A stretch of 63,510 nucleotides of DNA, filler included, from Platydemus manokwari (taxonomy: Eukaryota): assembly GCA_037951405.1 (NCBI GenBank). It is 6 parts of 6 records of this genome, joined end to end, with 100 filler letters (N's around TTAATTAATTAA, not from the genome) between each part and the next. Parts side by side here need not be neighbours in the genome. Positions count along the whole stretch, not along the records: positions 21,980 to 32,273 come from JBBMOY011147660.1; positions 32,374 to 44,013 come from JBBMOY010553328.1; 4 more parts are not named here. One strand, written 5' to 3'. Under the pieces are notes generated by a model. It was not told where the DNA came from and made no database searches. It was given only the letters and a program-made list of their open reading frames with translations. The position numbers were made by a program, and so were the translations under genes. Positions 24,660-39,300 of this stretch are shown in pieces; within the stretch, counting starts at the first letter, position 1, and every line of letters begins with the position of its first letter.

Positions 24660-26000
24660 TGTCATTGTTACCCTGATGTAAAAGGTCACTCATAAGGATT
24701 GGGGCTGGTTAATTGAGATTAGATAATTTAGATTATAAATATTATGGGTAGTAAGATTAGTGGGATGGTTAAGAAACGTTATTGTTCTTCTAGTATTTGA
24801 TGATTAGAAGAAAACATTAATGCCAGTTACGATATTTTAAATTGAGAATTACTGTGTTCAAATTAGAAAGTGAGTTAATATGGGCTAGGCTTATTGATTT
24901 GATGACGATGACCGAAATAAAATTTTGCGTAGACAAAGTACAGACAAAAGCCAGTTTTAATAAAGAAAAATATGATGTATTGATTAGGAAGGAAAAATTA
25001 TAAATGCTAGCTTGAGTGAGCAAGACAATAATGAAACAAATGGCACTATTAATAAGTATTAAGTGGTGAATTAGTTGATGACTATCGAATAAAATGTAAT
25101 GGAAATGGATGTATTGTTAGAAAAGGAAAGTGATTATATTATCTCTGAAGTGTAATTTTGGATATGATGGAATAAAATTCTCAAAAAGTTTGAAGTGATT
25201 ATTTTTATGGGGTTGGTGGTGCAAATGAGTTTAGTGAAGTCCTGAGATAATTGTGGTGTAAGATAAAATTTAAAAGATAAAATTTTAAACAGTATTTTTA
25301 ACAGTATTCCTAAGGGTTTTATGAATCATTTGAAGGTTCGGATGAAGTTCATGGAGAACAATGTCAGGGATCAGTAGTGTGATTGAAATAAAAGATTTGT
25401 GTTCGAGTTGGTGAGTGTCACTAGAGTTAAAATGTTGTGCAGTTTGTGATTTAAGCTTGACAGATTAATTTTATAGAGTTTTAATTAGAATGAAATGGTT
25501 GATTTTGTTGTTGAGACTGAAAATTTAATGTTGATGTGGTTAAGCAGATTTAAAATCTGGCGTATGGGAGTTTTTTTGTAAAAATATTGAATCGAGTAGA
25601 TTTTAAATTTAAAAGAGGAGTTAATTGAAGGGTTAAAATGATATGGATTAAATGAGTTTTAAAATTGTTAATTATGGGTTTATGTTTCTTTTAGTTTAGT
25701 AAGTGCTTATAAATCTTAGGTTTTCCAATATTTTAGGGTAAAATTAGGCGATGTTTTGTTATAGATCGGGCTGTTGGATATAGATGTTTCAATGCGAACA
25801 TGATAAGTGGTGTAAGCATCTTCGGAGAGAATGTAAATTAAGATTGGCGATATAAAACTTATACATTTCTCTGTGAGACCGATCAGTGAGAGGACTTTAA
25901 CATTGTCAGAGCTCAAATAGCTTGAAACGTTAACATTTAAAATTTCAAGGAAGACTTAATAGATGGAGATTTACAAACTTTTGCTTCAATTGAGTTGTAT
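24660..26000 (-). mobile_element. Possible highly decayed non-LTR retroelement
   Basis: Strong strand skew (G/T-rich on the + strand). Weak minus-strand motifs: LYKINLSSLNHKLHNIL (APE N-terminus-like) and PFTSG*Q (GVPQG-like). Confidence 0.3.
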
Positions 26001-29000
26001 TTATTGAAATTTAGGGATTTTTGGTTTAGAAAGTTTCTAACGAGATCATATACTATCTTCAAGTAAATAACGAACATTTCACGCTTAAATTTGACATGGA
26101 TAATCAGATCAAACCAAAGAGTAGTACTAATTTCGAAAGGAGTTGAGCTTATATCGATATGAAGATCAAATGATCTCATATATTGTCCAAGTGGATCTAG
26201 AACTATGCTATCCTAGAATATATATAGTAAAGATTGTTCTATGTGAACCCATTGTGTTTAAGCTGTTGCGCCTTGAAGACTATTAACAACCAGTGTTGAA
26301 AACTAATGCAATACATTTCTGGAAGAAAATGAAGGTCTGAAAGATTTTATCCTATGAAGGATGTCAGTTGTTCTAAGTGAAATTTGACATTTAATAATGT
26401 TTGGGTCAGTATTGCTACTAACTTATGTAATAGAAATTATTCCTTTACTATGATTGAATCGTGTTCCTTCAGCCCACTTATTTTTTGAATGAATGAGTGT
26501 GCCTGCTTGAAACTGAAAGATTTTTTGTGCTTTTCCGAATCTTAGATTTAGTTTTATAGTCTTTGAATTTGCCCTTGTTGTACTGTTGTTTGTCAATTTT
26601 TGCTTTATGATTTAATTTGTTATTGCAAATGATATCATTGGGTATTTGTTGTTCTGATGGCATTATGCAAACTCAATAACATAAGTTTGGTTTTCTCCTT
26701 TAAATTAAACAACACAATTTTTAAATTACAACCGTTAAAATTGATTACAAGATTACAAATAGGCACGCCATTTTAATTCAACTACATTCTTATCTTTCCG
26801 AAGGATTGACTGAAATTTACTTGCCGATACTCGAAAGTCCAATGGTTTGTTTCAAGTAAGTTGGGTGTATTAAATTTCAAATATTATTTATAATTAATAA
26901 TAGGCCCAGAAGGTCAGAACATGATGGGGTGTTATTAATTTTAATTGCACTTTTACAACAGATATTTATCTTATCAACTACGGCTTTCTCAAGCAATAAT
27001 CCTCATTTTCAGACAGTTATTCTTCGAATAATAACATTTACTTTCGAGATCAAGTTATTAATACTAGCTAACTTTCTCTCTCCAAATTGATGACGATGCT
27101 GTCGAATTAGTCGTTGTATTGAAGCTTCCTCATGATGTAGATTTTGTACGAATTGTATAATTTCAACAAATTTATTTAAACTATTCACGCTTTTGTTCTA
27201 TTTTTATGTATTTATTCTAAATATTCTTCTAAAATGCCAAACGTTGACCGTCGTCTGATTTCTTATTCATTATCGTCCACGTTATTTCCAAATAATGAAA
27301 TTTAATTTACACGTGTTTTATTATTCATAATTGGTTTTCATTTTTATCTTGTATTAATCATTGGTTTTACAAAGGTTATAATTAAATAATAATAAGATAA
27401 ATTGAATAAATATATAATTATTAGGTTACAAATGCAAGTGAAATCGAATATCGAAGGTCAAAATATTAGTTGGCTGTCAAAATCCAACATAAATATTCAA
27501 TTTAATATGAAACTGGATTTTGATATGGATTGCTGGTTTGGAATGGTTTGATATAGATTCTGTCAGCTATCGGAATCAATTGCTTTATTAAATCTTTTTG
27601 ATTTTCAAGGTATCTCCTTTGTTCTTCAATTTCCATGTTCTTATTCTGCTTACAATGAGCATGTAAGTAGTGAATTCTCCTGATTTTGTTAGAACGTTCA
27701 TCATCAAACATCCGACTTACACACGAGGAATACTCTTCCCAACGATATTTTGGATTAGCATGTACCGACTTTTATCTTATTGAGTTGCCATGATAACCTC
27801 ATTTATTGATTTAATATTTGTTTAATTTTGTAAATCTTTATTGCAAACCTCTCTGCGAATAATAATCAATGGAGTTCAAGTAATAGAAAATTGGGCTTAA
27901 GTTATAAAAAAGGGTCCTTTGACCCAATTTTAAAGTAATAAATTGAGTTATTTGATATTAGAATTTATTTGTAATCATATTTTAATGAAAATTTAGATTA
28001 AAAACCAAAAATCAACTCTAATAATCAAAAAACCATGTATTCAATTCCCGCTACTATATTTGGCACTTTCAAAACATTCCTCGACAATTCCTACGACGAT
28101 ATTTAGACCTTCAATGATATTTCTATGTCAAGATATTTCTTTATTGGCAAGGAATCTACAAATTTTGTTGTATCTCAATAAATAATTTTTAATTGTTGGT
28201 TTTATTTTAATAAAAATTGTCAATATTTGTTGATTGTTAGTTCACTAATGGATATCATTTTGTAAATATAATTTTTTTGTGTGCACCAAAAATACTTTAT
28301 TCAGAATGTCGAAAAGTGACAAGGCTGAATTGTTGAACCAAGTCCGTATTTGAATTCCGAAACTTCTTATGTATTTGTGGCATCTTCACCTGTAAGATTT
28401 CTTTGATTTGGATCGTATCTTCATTTGATTAAAACATCGACAGGTTTGGGATCTATATATCCAATCTATTAAATAGATATTAATATACTTATTTTGAGAG
28501 AAAAAGAAAGTACCTTGATCCTGGCACTTTACGATATTTTAGAAATCACTTTTTTATAAAATAGCTCTAAAAATCTTAGATATCATTCCAATTGATTCTA
28601 ATGTTAAAAGAAGTTTTTCTTTAATTTTCAATTAATTGCATTTTGACCTACTTTGACCCTTTTTGCAAATAATTAATTTTTAGTAGATTTTAAAAATCCT
28701 GTGCATATAAACAAATTAATATTATTTTATAAAATTTAAAAATTTAATTCACCTAGAAATTCTCACATTTCCCTTTTTAATAAATCTTTGATTTTATTTG
28801 TATCAATTAACTCTACCGAAATCTGTGCATATTTATCAACATAAAAATATCTAATTCATCTATCGTTTTTATAACTTCTTTACATATTCTTTATATCTTC
28901 TTTTTATATATCTTTAATTATTCTCTTTATATATCTTTATATCTTCTCTTTATATACTCTCTAGATATTCCCAATACCTACCTCCTTCTTTTCTATAATT

Positions 29001-29048
29001 TTCAGTCATTGATCTTCTTAAAATCGATTCCAGATGCGTGGTTGGCAA

Positions 29049-29110
29049 GTAAGCCGCTACTACTTTATAAAACACACATCGAAAATGAACTGAAAAATCA
29101 CGACACCAAA
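29049..29110. repeat. Dispersed repeat family C (copies also at about 51866-51930 inverted, 52748-52780 inverted and partial, and 63426-63490)
   Basis: The shared core gtaagcc(g/a)ctact...catcgaaaa(t/c)gaactgaaaa..cgaca is found on three contigs. Confidence 0.65.
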
Positions 29111-32100
29111 TTATATATTTAAGTACATTTATATAAACAAATTAATATAATTTTATATAAAATTTCAATTAAATCTTTTAAAATTTAATTCTCTTAAAAA
29201 TTCTCACAATTATTATAAAGCTTACCATTAGAATTATATTATAAAGAAATATTATAAAGCTCTGTTAAAATTTGAATTCTGTCTCTGCGTAATGATGCCA
29301 ATAATTAGTGGTATTCAAATTGAAACAAAATAACCATTGGTACTAAATTTTATGGTTAATTAATATATCGACAATGAACCGGAAAACGTGATATATAATA
29401 ATGGTAAATTTCACAATTACGGCTATGAAGCACTTTATGGTAGCATTTGGGATTCATTGAGAAAATTTTCTCGCTAAGCTTTGCATCCAATATATTAGTC
29501 GTGAATTACCAATTCGAGATTTATTATACAAGCTTAATTAGAAGAAGTGATTTGGAAAATGAAATTTTATATGGTCGAATATTTGAAATGTTTTATCCTT
29601 GTTTAAGATTAACAATTTGTTTTGCGTTAATTATAATTTTGAATACCATTTTATAAACACCAGGTAGAAAATTAATAAATTCAATGTTGTGAGTTTAAAT
29701 ATTTTTAAAACTTTGTTATTTCACTGCATTTTCTTCCAATAAAAATTTTATAAGGTGAATGCGATTCAATTTCTGTCAATTATTTCATCTCAAACTATTA
29801 CTTGTGCCATACACTTCATTCTATAAATCCAATTGACTGTAGCAAGGAATGTTTTAAGGTTTTTTTTCCTATAATCTACACAAGTAATTAACGAAGCAAG
29901 TATTTTTAGTTCCAACACCTCGAGCATCATATAACATATCTCAATCAGGACATCGTCAAATGTCACGATAAACTTACAGGCTCGATCAAATTATATAAAA
30001 TCAGCAATGAACTCCTCAACTTGAACGATAAATAACTTGAAAAAATTGTTATCTGATTCTGAATTATGTAGATCCCTTATTATTATTCTATACGTATGAA
30101 CCATGAATATTCTTTATTAGAAATTCTGAATATTGTGATCTTTATTGAATAACTTTATATTTTAGATAAGCAATTACTGAAATATTTTTTAAATTGTTGA
30201 AGCTGTCGAGGTAGAAATTTCGAGACTTTTGTAGTAAATTTAATTAAATTCTTTTTCGAGAGTTCACAATATTAGAAGGAAAATTTTAGGAGGAGATGCT
30301 CCATTTAAGTTTCTTAATAAGTTTATAAATGATGATAACTGTGTGATTATTTTTGATACTGTATCTCAAATCGACATTGTTGTAAAAATGGAAAAAGAAC
30401 GTTTGAGGGAATGGAGAAACTCTGCTTAAATGATAACACATGTAAGTGTAATTTTAAAAGAGAAATCGTTGAATTTAGTAAAAATTTGATAAAACTATTA
30501 TTCTTGCAAATCAATCAAAAGAAACTTTGGGAATCTTCTAATAGAAGAAGAGTATTATCAAAAATAGAGCATTGAAGCAGTAAGCTTAGTAGAATAAACA
30601 ACCATGTCTGAGAGGAGAACATCCAAAATAAAATTGCCAGGGACAAAAATTCTCAGAACGAAAAATGCCCAAAGCAAAAATTTAGAAGTACTCAATATTA
30701 GAAGTAATAAGACGTTAGCAGTATAAACAGATCTCCAGAATTCCATAGATTCATACAATTCAAGTACTTATCAATAAATTTTTATCAAATAATTTAATTG
30801 CAATGCTCTTAAGAGAAATGTTACCCATAAATTAACCAGTCAAAATTCGTGTGGAACGTTTGACATCTTTTTAAAACTAAGTTTTCTCTGACCTTTTTTT
30901 CCTTTTAGATTTGGATAGCATTAATTCCCAACACTTGTTGCTAATCACCTTTGGGGCATAACAGTTTGAATACAAAAACATATTACATCACATATTTTAA
31001 ATTTTAATTATACTTATAAATAATAAATGAATATAATAAATTTTCAGTCTCAATTATTTTAATTATCACATTTGTATTCATATATAGAAGCACGCAACAC
31101 GTAATTTACTCACTTCTAAGAATCATATAATGATAAAATAGGTTCAACCATGTACCAGGTTTTAGTTGCAATACTATTTTATTATTAAATTATCAACAAT
31201 TCATTGCGGTTGATTTTAATCGTCAACATCATCATTAGGATCCTGCCATCTGTCTATTAAACCAATAGGGAGTTCCATATTCTTTTAAATGTCCTATAGC
31301 CCTTATTTTAGACTCAGATTGTCTCTAGCGAACGAAATTCCTCTGTGTTTAAGGTTAAAGATGGAGAAGACATATAATATGTTGAATCAAGATTGCTCTT
31401 GATTCGAAAGCCTTCTATTGAATCTGCTAATATATTTACATGTTGTTTAAAATATACAATTATTTAATCACATAATAATTAAAATTATTATATTACTCTC
31501 TTTATTTGCTATTTCACTCAATTTTAATTTTGAATTAAGATATTTAACTGGCGGAAGAGAAGTTTCATTTAAAATTTCGAAAGAAGTTATGTAATTATAT
31601 GGGTAAATTCCTTTCTTTTTCATGATAGCATAATTTTCTGAAAAATATTTTTATCAGGAGATGACATAATTCGTCTTGTAATTTCATTTCGGTTGTTTCA
31701 CATATTTTCCGATAAATTTGAAAAAATGTTCCAGTTATAAAATAACAACAATATATATATCACAAATATTTAATTTTTGTTCTGATCTTACTTTATAGTT
31801 TATTTTCACTTTCATAAATGGCTCAAATTTTTAATATAAATATAATTGATTTTTCCATTTTTTTTCATGATATGACTGTTTGATGTTTCGAATATATAAT
31901 TCCCTTTGTTGAAATATAAATTGGAAATTAACTTTATTTTTTTCTTTGATTTTCATTCCAAAAAGAAGTTGATTTGTTTTAATTATGTTTTGAAATGCTC
32001 CCCCCGATAATTTAATATCATAAACATTTATTTTAAAATTATTATTTTATTCAAAAATTTAATTTCACTAATGAGTGTTGGAAAAGTTATTTGTTTTACA

Positions 32101-33024
32101 TTTAATTCATTAATGTGATTTATATAATGTCCTGGTACATTCAGAAGTCTTGTTCCATTAATTGAACACAATAGGTTAATATATAAAATATGTAATTTCC
32201 AAAATTTATTAAATCATTATAAAAATAAAAAAATAATAAAATTTAGGGGTTAAAATTACCGGTTAATACTTTTNNNNNNNNNNNNNNNNNNNNNNNNNNN
32301 NNNNNNNNNNNNNNNNNTTAATTAATTAANNNNNNNNNNNNNNNNNNNNNNNNNNNNNNNNNNNNNNNNNNNNTCGACATATTTATGCATGTCTAATGGG
32401 TACGACTAATATCTTTCGAATTCTTCTATGACCATTTTAAATTTATTTGCATTTTATCTGATGAATATAAATGAGCTAATATAGAATATTTAGAAAACAA
32501 TAATTTGCAATATTTATTAGAGAATTGCTTCTAAAATGTAAATGTATTTAACAATCACCTGCTAATACATTTATTTTAACAATATTTATTTTTATAGATT
32601 TCAATTCAGATATATTCCATCTGCTAGCTTTAATTTTCAACAAGTCATCAGCTTATTATTGATTTAAGTTGCTAATAACTTCTAATAATTATAAAAATCA
32701 TAATCATACAAAGTATAAATATAAAATAATATTATTACATATTATTATTACTAATAATCACATCAACCTAAAACGAAATAATGTGCGAAACAAAGCTTTT
32801 AAAATTCGAGTCAATTAATTCAAAAGTTCAAAGATCAATTAAATAAAAGCTGAAGGATCAGCTAAATGTAAAATATTGATTGAACTTTGGATTGGTCAAA
32901 TTTGAAAATATATTTCGAATTGTGTTGATTATTCAGGATTAACTTTAGTTGTGTTGATTATTTGGCATTGTTGGAATTGGTTTGTATTATTGAAATTGGA
33001 TTTGGGATTTATTGAGTTGATATT

Positions 33025-33360
33025 TGGAGAGGTGTTATTTTAAATGCAATTTTCTTAATACATTTACTAAATATCGGGAAATAGATTACATGATTTAATT
33101 CTTTAATTTACAGATAACCTGGAGGAACACTGTTAGCTGAAAAACTATAAATAATATTTATTTTTTCTCCATGTACATGACTTCCATCAGCTATTTAACA
33201 TTCAACATCTATTGATGTAAGATTTATTTTATTTTCTGATAATTGATTTCAGGGAGCATATCCCTTATTATTATCAAATCATAATACAGATCCTAAAGTA
33301 ATAAATTTTAAATTTCTTTTTATAATTAGTTAAAATTTTAAAATTGCTTTATCAGATTCT
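33025..33360 (-). pseudogene. Decayed Polinton/Maverick (adintovirus-like) penton / minor capsid protein gene fragment
   Basis: One frame reads TLGSVL*FDNNKGYAP*NQLSENKINLTSIDVEC*IADGSHVHGEKINIIYSFSANSVPPGYL*IKELNHVIYFPIFSKCIKKIAFKIT. This follows the recalled Polinton penton C-terminal pattern (GxLLGF...SE..V.I..I...C.I..GSY.NG....I..F...VPPGYKI.E.P..VIYLP.....I..I). It has in-frame stops. Confidence 0.7.
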
Positions 33361-36358
33361 ATTTATATATTATGTGTTGGGTTCTTAATACAATCGTTTT
33401 AGAAAAACATCACCAACTTTATAAACCCGAACACTTTTCTGTATTCCTTCATTTTTATTAGAATTTCTGGATCACCTGATGGATTCTATATATTTCATTG
33501 ATATTAAACAAATTTCATCTAATTTTAAAGAAAATGGAATACTAAATCTCCATTCTGATTTTTTACTAAAGGATATTATTATTTTTTCTATTTTTATTCA
33601 GAAATTTGTGTTAGACTCTTTAGCCCAAGAGGAACATCTTGAAAATCGGAAGAACAAAAATTTTAAAGGTTATAATATTTGGAAAGAATAAGTTTATATT
33701 TAAACGGATCCTTAAATGGGTCCATATTCCAACAGGTAAGATTTTCCATTTAGTAAGTTATAAACATTTATTTATCCTTTATTTTAGTTGATGATCTAAT
33801 GATCTTGGATTCTATTATAACAGCATTTATTATGGTTTCCTTCATTATTTGTTAAATTATGTTAATGTCAACAAGTCATCAAGTATAAAGTACCAATCAA
33901 GTCATTATTTCTTTGAAATTGACTTTATCATTTTTAAATTCTTTAAGATTTGATATATTTTTGTTACAGTTTCTACGCATCTCATTATAAATGGTACGTT
34001 ATGTTAGAATAACTCATCCTCGTTTTCTAATTGACTAGTTTGAGCTAAGAACACTATTTGCATTCTTGATCAGATTCCATCTAACCATTGGCATTTTTTA
34101 GTCGTCGTTTCTTTTTTAATTCTACTTCGTGAAAGATGGCATACTCATTAACCATATTTTTATTTTAGATATTAGATCCTTTCATAATAAGCAATCGGTG
34201 CGATACCTTGTCAGTTGCTGGGATTATGTCTATTACAAAATATATTTTATAATTCAAGAACCATTTCTGCTATAATACTTTATTTCCTATCCTTCGAACT
34301 TTTATCTAGCCTGTCTTGACTTATCATTCATGAATAATCAGTGAATTTTAACTAGTTTGTTTAGAAGGGAATTGTATCCTATTTGTTTTTAGTTGTGTTT
34401 TTGAATAAGAATGAAATGATAATTTTCCTCTTCATTTACTTGTTCTGATGCAGATGTACTGAAATGGAATAGTAGATCGCTATCATGCATCCACAATAAT
34501 GATGGGATTTCTAACTTTTTATTGATAAAGATAAATGCTGTATATGAAATTCGTCTGAATAACAATCAGGATTAGACACTGGGATTCTTTTTCCTTTTTT
34601 AGACAATGAGATGTTACTAGAGTTAACTGTTTAACCTCTTCCTTTACTGATAGATACTGATGATAACTAGTATGTGAATTTTGGATGAGTTACCTACACG
34701 AAAATTTACGGTATGACAATTTATGAAGTGGGATATATTAGCTGGAAGATTTTCAAAAAGGGACATTGTTCCCTAGTGATGCATACAAGCCTCGTAATCT
34801 CCCTGCAATATCGTGCCTTCGATTTCCATTGGCAAAAGAAATATTACTTTGTCCCTTGACATCTGTAAAGTAAGTAGTTTCTAATCATCCTTTGAGCAGT
34901 TTCATCAAAAACATTATTAGTTAATGTAAAATAGAATTTATTATTAATGTGATCACATACATTCTGTTGGATCCTGTTATAAATGTATCGAAATATTGAG
35001 ATTATGAGGATGTCTAAAAACTTTTAATCATAAGAACATTCATGATGATAACGTTAACGATGAATTCCAAACAATTTGTATAAATAATGATTCAGTGTTA
35101 ACATATTTATTTTAATTCGCTGTATATCTTTTTATGAATTATATATTATATTAAATGAAATTTTTTTATAATCTATTATAAGTGTGATTCTTATATTAAA
35201 AAGGGGCAATTATTTGCAAGGCAATGAAGATACCATTATGTAAATTCTATTATTCGGCATGATTATTTTATGTTTTATTAGTAATTCAATGTGAAAAGGC
35301 TTCATTTTTATATTTGGCTCAATATCAATAAATAAATTTCCATTTTAAATATAGCCCGATAAATAAAATTCCCTAATTTAAAAATGAAAACAGATCTGAT
35401 AGAACAACTATACCAATGTAATATGAGGAAAACCAGAAGGAACAGTCAGCTTTAAAATATTTAAACCCGATTTTGAGATAATTTAATTTGTCAGGGGATA
35501 GCACTATATTAAGAGACTCAATTAGTAATTATATTTGTTATCACTATCGACTTAACCCGTCTCAATGAGCTATTATTTATATTGCAAGTGTAATTTTCCT
35601 TATTTAGCTTATTCTTCACCTTGCACAACCTTATCATGTGAAAACAAAAGGTGTAGCAACAGTGATGTCACATATAATTTGATTTTAATTTATCTCAATT
35701 AATGCATACATTATCTCTACTATCAATATTTAACACCAGATTTATTGATTGTAAACGTTGTTGTAACTCCAATTGGTCTTTCTTCTTCTGTGACATAAAG
35801 GATCAGAAGGTTTTGTTTTTTGAGTTGCTTGGTTTTCTATTTTTCATGTTAATAGAAATTCTTCAATTTTTCTCAGTTTTGCAACCGGATACTCTTTTAA
35901 ATTCTTAAAGACTAACACTGCGTAATAACTTTGAAAATTTTAAATAAATGTTTGGATACCGTGTAATTTTATCTGTGATCGCATTGACTGTATAATCTTC
36001 TAAGTACTTTTGTATAAAATAAAAAATAAAGAACATTAACTAATACAATAACCTTATTAACAAAAAGGAATTTGAATTTGTTATTTTTGTCTACTCCAAA
36101 AAAAATTTTAATATAACTTTCTTAAAGTAACCTTTTGTTTAACTCAATCAATTTAATTTGAGTAACCATAGTATCTATAACATTGATTGTCACCTTTTAG
36201 CAACGACTTTAATAAGTTGAAGGCAAAATAATATTTACTTCAATTAAATGCTTAATTTTTCAGTCAGTTAATAGATAATGTGGATGATTACAGACATTGT
36301 TAAAGACTAATATTAAATAAGAAATAATCCAAAAACATCAAATTTATTTAATTTTTTA

Positions 36359-39300
36359 TCAGTAATATATTGTCCTAGTACGATGCATTGGTACCGTGTC
36401 AATAGGTTCTTCGAATTGTCTCCGATAATCCCACAGATAATTGTCCACCAGAACAGAATTTACGCATATACTTTTAGATTTAACAATTGATTTGATTTTA
36501 TTCACCATAATCTAGAATATATCCAAATTTATAAATTTTATAAATATAAAAATTTTAACAATTATTTTATTAACACATTGACGGACAGTAAGAACAAATG
36601 AAGTTCGATATTGACGGTTATAGACACAAGTGTCCGTCAACGTGTTAATAAATTTCTATCAACTACTACCCAGCTTAAATTCACTGAAACTCACATTCAT
36701 TTGAAACCGTTTGATAATCGGTCACGTTTCACATATAAATCATTAACAAACCATAAATTAAAAAGTATAAATTGTTAATTTAAGAAGAAAATAACATTTA
36801 TCTAAAAATAACTAACAACATACAGTTTATATTGTCAACATGTTCTCATTAAGTAATTACCATCGAGCTATATCGATTAATCAATAATTCAATCGATTAT
36901 TTATTTCTAATGGTAAATTCAGTCATATCTATTTTCGTATAATGCTGCTAATATACGTGATTCCGTAATCAATGTAACAACAGGTGAACTTATTAAATGC
37001 AACAGATAACAATTTATTATCAATTCAGATTAAATAAGGTGAATTAGCGATATAATCAAAATAAAATATTCCAAAAGGTCAAATATAGAATTATTCTTCA
37101 TCAAATACAATGTAAACAACTAGAGTCCAATATATATATATAATTTCTGAAAAATAATTATCGACAGATGTGATATACGATTCCATGATTATATATCGAA
37201 TTTGTGATATTTGATCAAAGTAATACAAGAAGAAATCAATACATTGAAATATTATTCATTCGAATCCAAGGACAAATAATGTAAAAAACTTACTTCAATA
37301 CATTGCAAGGTGACACCTCTAATTTCAACTTCACGTGGATCACCATTGATTAATATTTGTTCTAAATGATTGATAAATGACAATGATGAATAATGAATTC
37401 GAACTATTTTCCAAATGTTTTTGTAATTCATCCGAATATTCAATTGCATGAAAATAGGCCAAAACCTGAGGCACTCTAAAGAATGAAAACACATATAGAG
37501 GAACTTACAAATAAAATCGATATCAAATTATGTTTTTCGAACATAATGTCAATTAATTCCAAAGATTTTCAAGTTGGTATGTATAACAATAGTGAAACCC
37601 CTTCTCCCTACGAATGTTAATGCTTTTCATTAAATTTAAAATACTACGTTTGGAAACCTTGGATCGGTTAGTGCTCTACTCAGATAATGAGGTGAGCGAA
37701 GACGAGAAGGCTCCCATAACAATCAGCTCATATGATGCATGGAAGAGCAAGATAACGGAGGTGAAACCCTTGCAGACAACAGCAGAGATAAAAACATCAA
37801 CATCCGAAAATACAATAACAAAATACACCCTAAACAACAGAAATACAGTTCAAAAAGGTGATGGAAACAATAGAAACCAACTGGAAATGGAAAGCATAGG
37901 AAAAATGAGTTGGAACGTAAATTAAGACTCTTATGGGTCATTGGAAGATTCATGGTACTGCTTCAATATTCATTCATTTGATCCCGATCTCAATATGCAA
38001 ATTCCAATACTCGAATATTTGTGAACAATTGATATTGATAATTGATTTTACATTCTTGTGAATATTTGATATTCTTGACAATTCATCTTGACTTTTTCGA
38101 TTTATTGATTATGATTTATCTCATCAACAATTTGTCATTTGTAAAAAAAATTGATTAATTTTTGTAAATTTTACACAAAATATATATATTTTATAAAAAA
38201 AGTTAGCTAAAATAATTTAGCCAATTTTATTCAAATAAAAAAAGCAGAAATAAAAAGAAAATTTAATTAATAATATTAAATGTTGACAAATTAAATAATA
38301 GAATTTTTAATGTCAATAAAATTTAACAAATTTTTAAGGTTAAAGAACTTTTAAAATCATAAATAATTAGGATCAAGGTAAATGAAATGATCAAAATTTG
38401 TGAGAAAGATGGAAAATTCTAGGTACAAAGTACAGAACTTCAGCAACTATATAAGCTGATGGATTTTCATCACAATTCACACTTTAAAAAATTCGGAAGT
38501 GAATTACATAACTTTGAAAGTTCGACAGAAAAATATAATTTAAAAAACATAATTTGGAGAATGTACGATCTTTTAATAAATCTAATTGATAAACAATAAA
38601 AGCTGCTCAAATATATATTTTAAATCTAACTTTTAGGAAAAAATAGCGAAGTTCTCACGTTCACGGTGAGATAACTGTACCAATTTGTAGAAAATAATTT
38701 TACGTTTGAGTTAAACGTGCGTTTTTAATATTTGTTGTGAATAATATAAATAAAGATTTTAATTGTACATTGTTATTTGCTTGATCATTCAATTCATTAT
38801 AAAATTCAATACAATAAAATAATAGAACTTATGTTGTTGTGTTGCTAATAATATCTATTTAAAACATCCATCAGGATCCAATAAATGAATAGATTAAATA
38901 AATGAAATCAAACCATTCTCACATACCGATAATCTGCAAAAGCAGTCAAGCTATCAATGTCGTAGAAATGACCCAGTCCATCATTTTCAAAACAACACCA
39001 AATATCAGCAATCAATATTTGTGCTCTCTTGTAAAGACATACTAAAGTTATTTGGATTATTAATTGATTCATTAAAATTTTATTATCAATTATAAAAATG
39101 TCAATTCATGATCCGATATGAAAATGATTCAGGAAAATATTGATTAAAAAAACAAGTTAATGCAATGAATATCAATATTCAAAGAATGATATATTATTGA
39201 AATGAAATTCATTACATAATAATATCATAGAAATCATATCATTTTGATGATCTTGTTGGCCACCTAAATACTGGTAATATCTTATTTCATTTCATTTCAA

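Noticed and set aside
26175-26220. YIVQVDLELCYP resembling the pPolB GYILEVDLEYP motif
   Set aside because: Isolated match with no flanking polymerase motifs.
26762-27160. Exon-like blocks with gtaagt/ag signals on the + strand, and ORFs 27502-27711, 49256-49528 and 62427-62681
   Set aside because: No consistent spliced ORF or known motif could be assembled; left unannotated.
34100-34900. Possible APE-endonuclease retroelement remnant on the minus strand (ILVIISIY; PATDKV)
   Set aside because: Motifs are too degraded to support a feature call.
37614-37925. 103-aa + strand ORF
   Set aside because: Antisense within QNG1 intron 6 with no recognisable domain; most likely a TE fragment.
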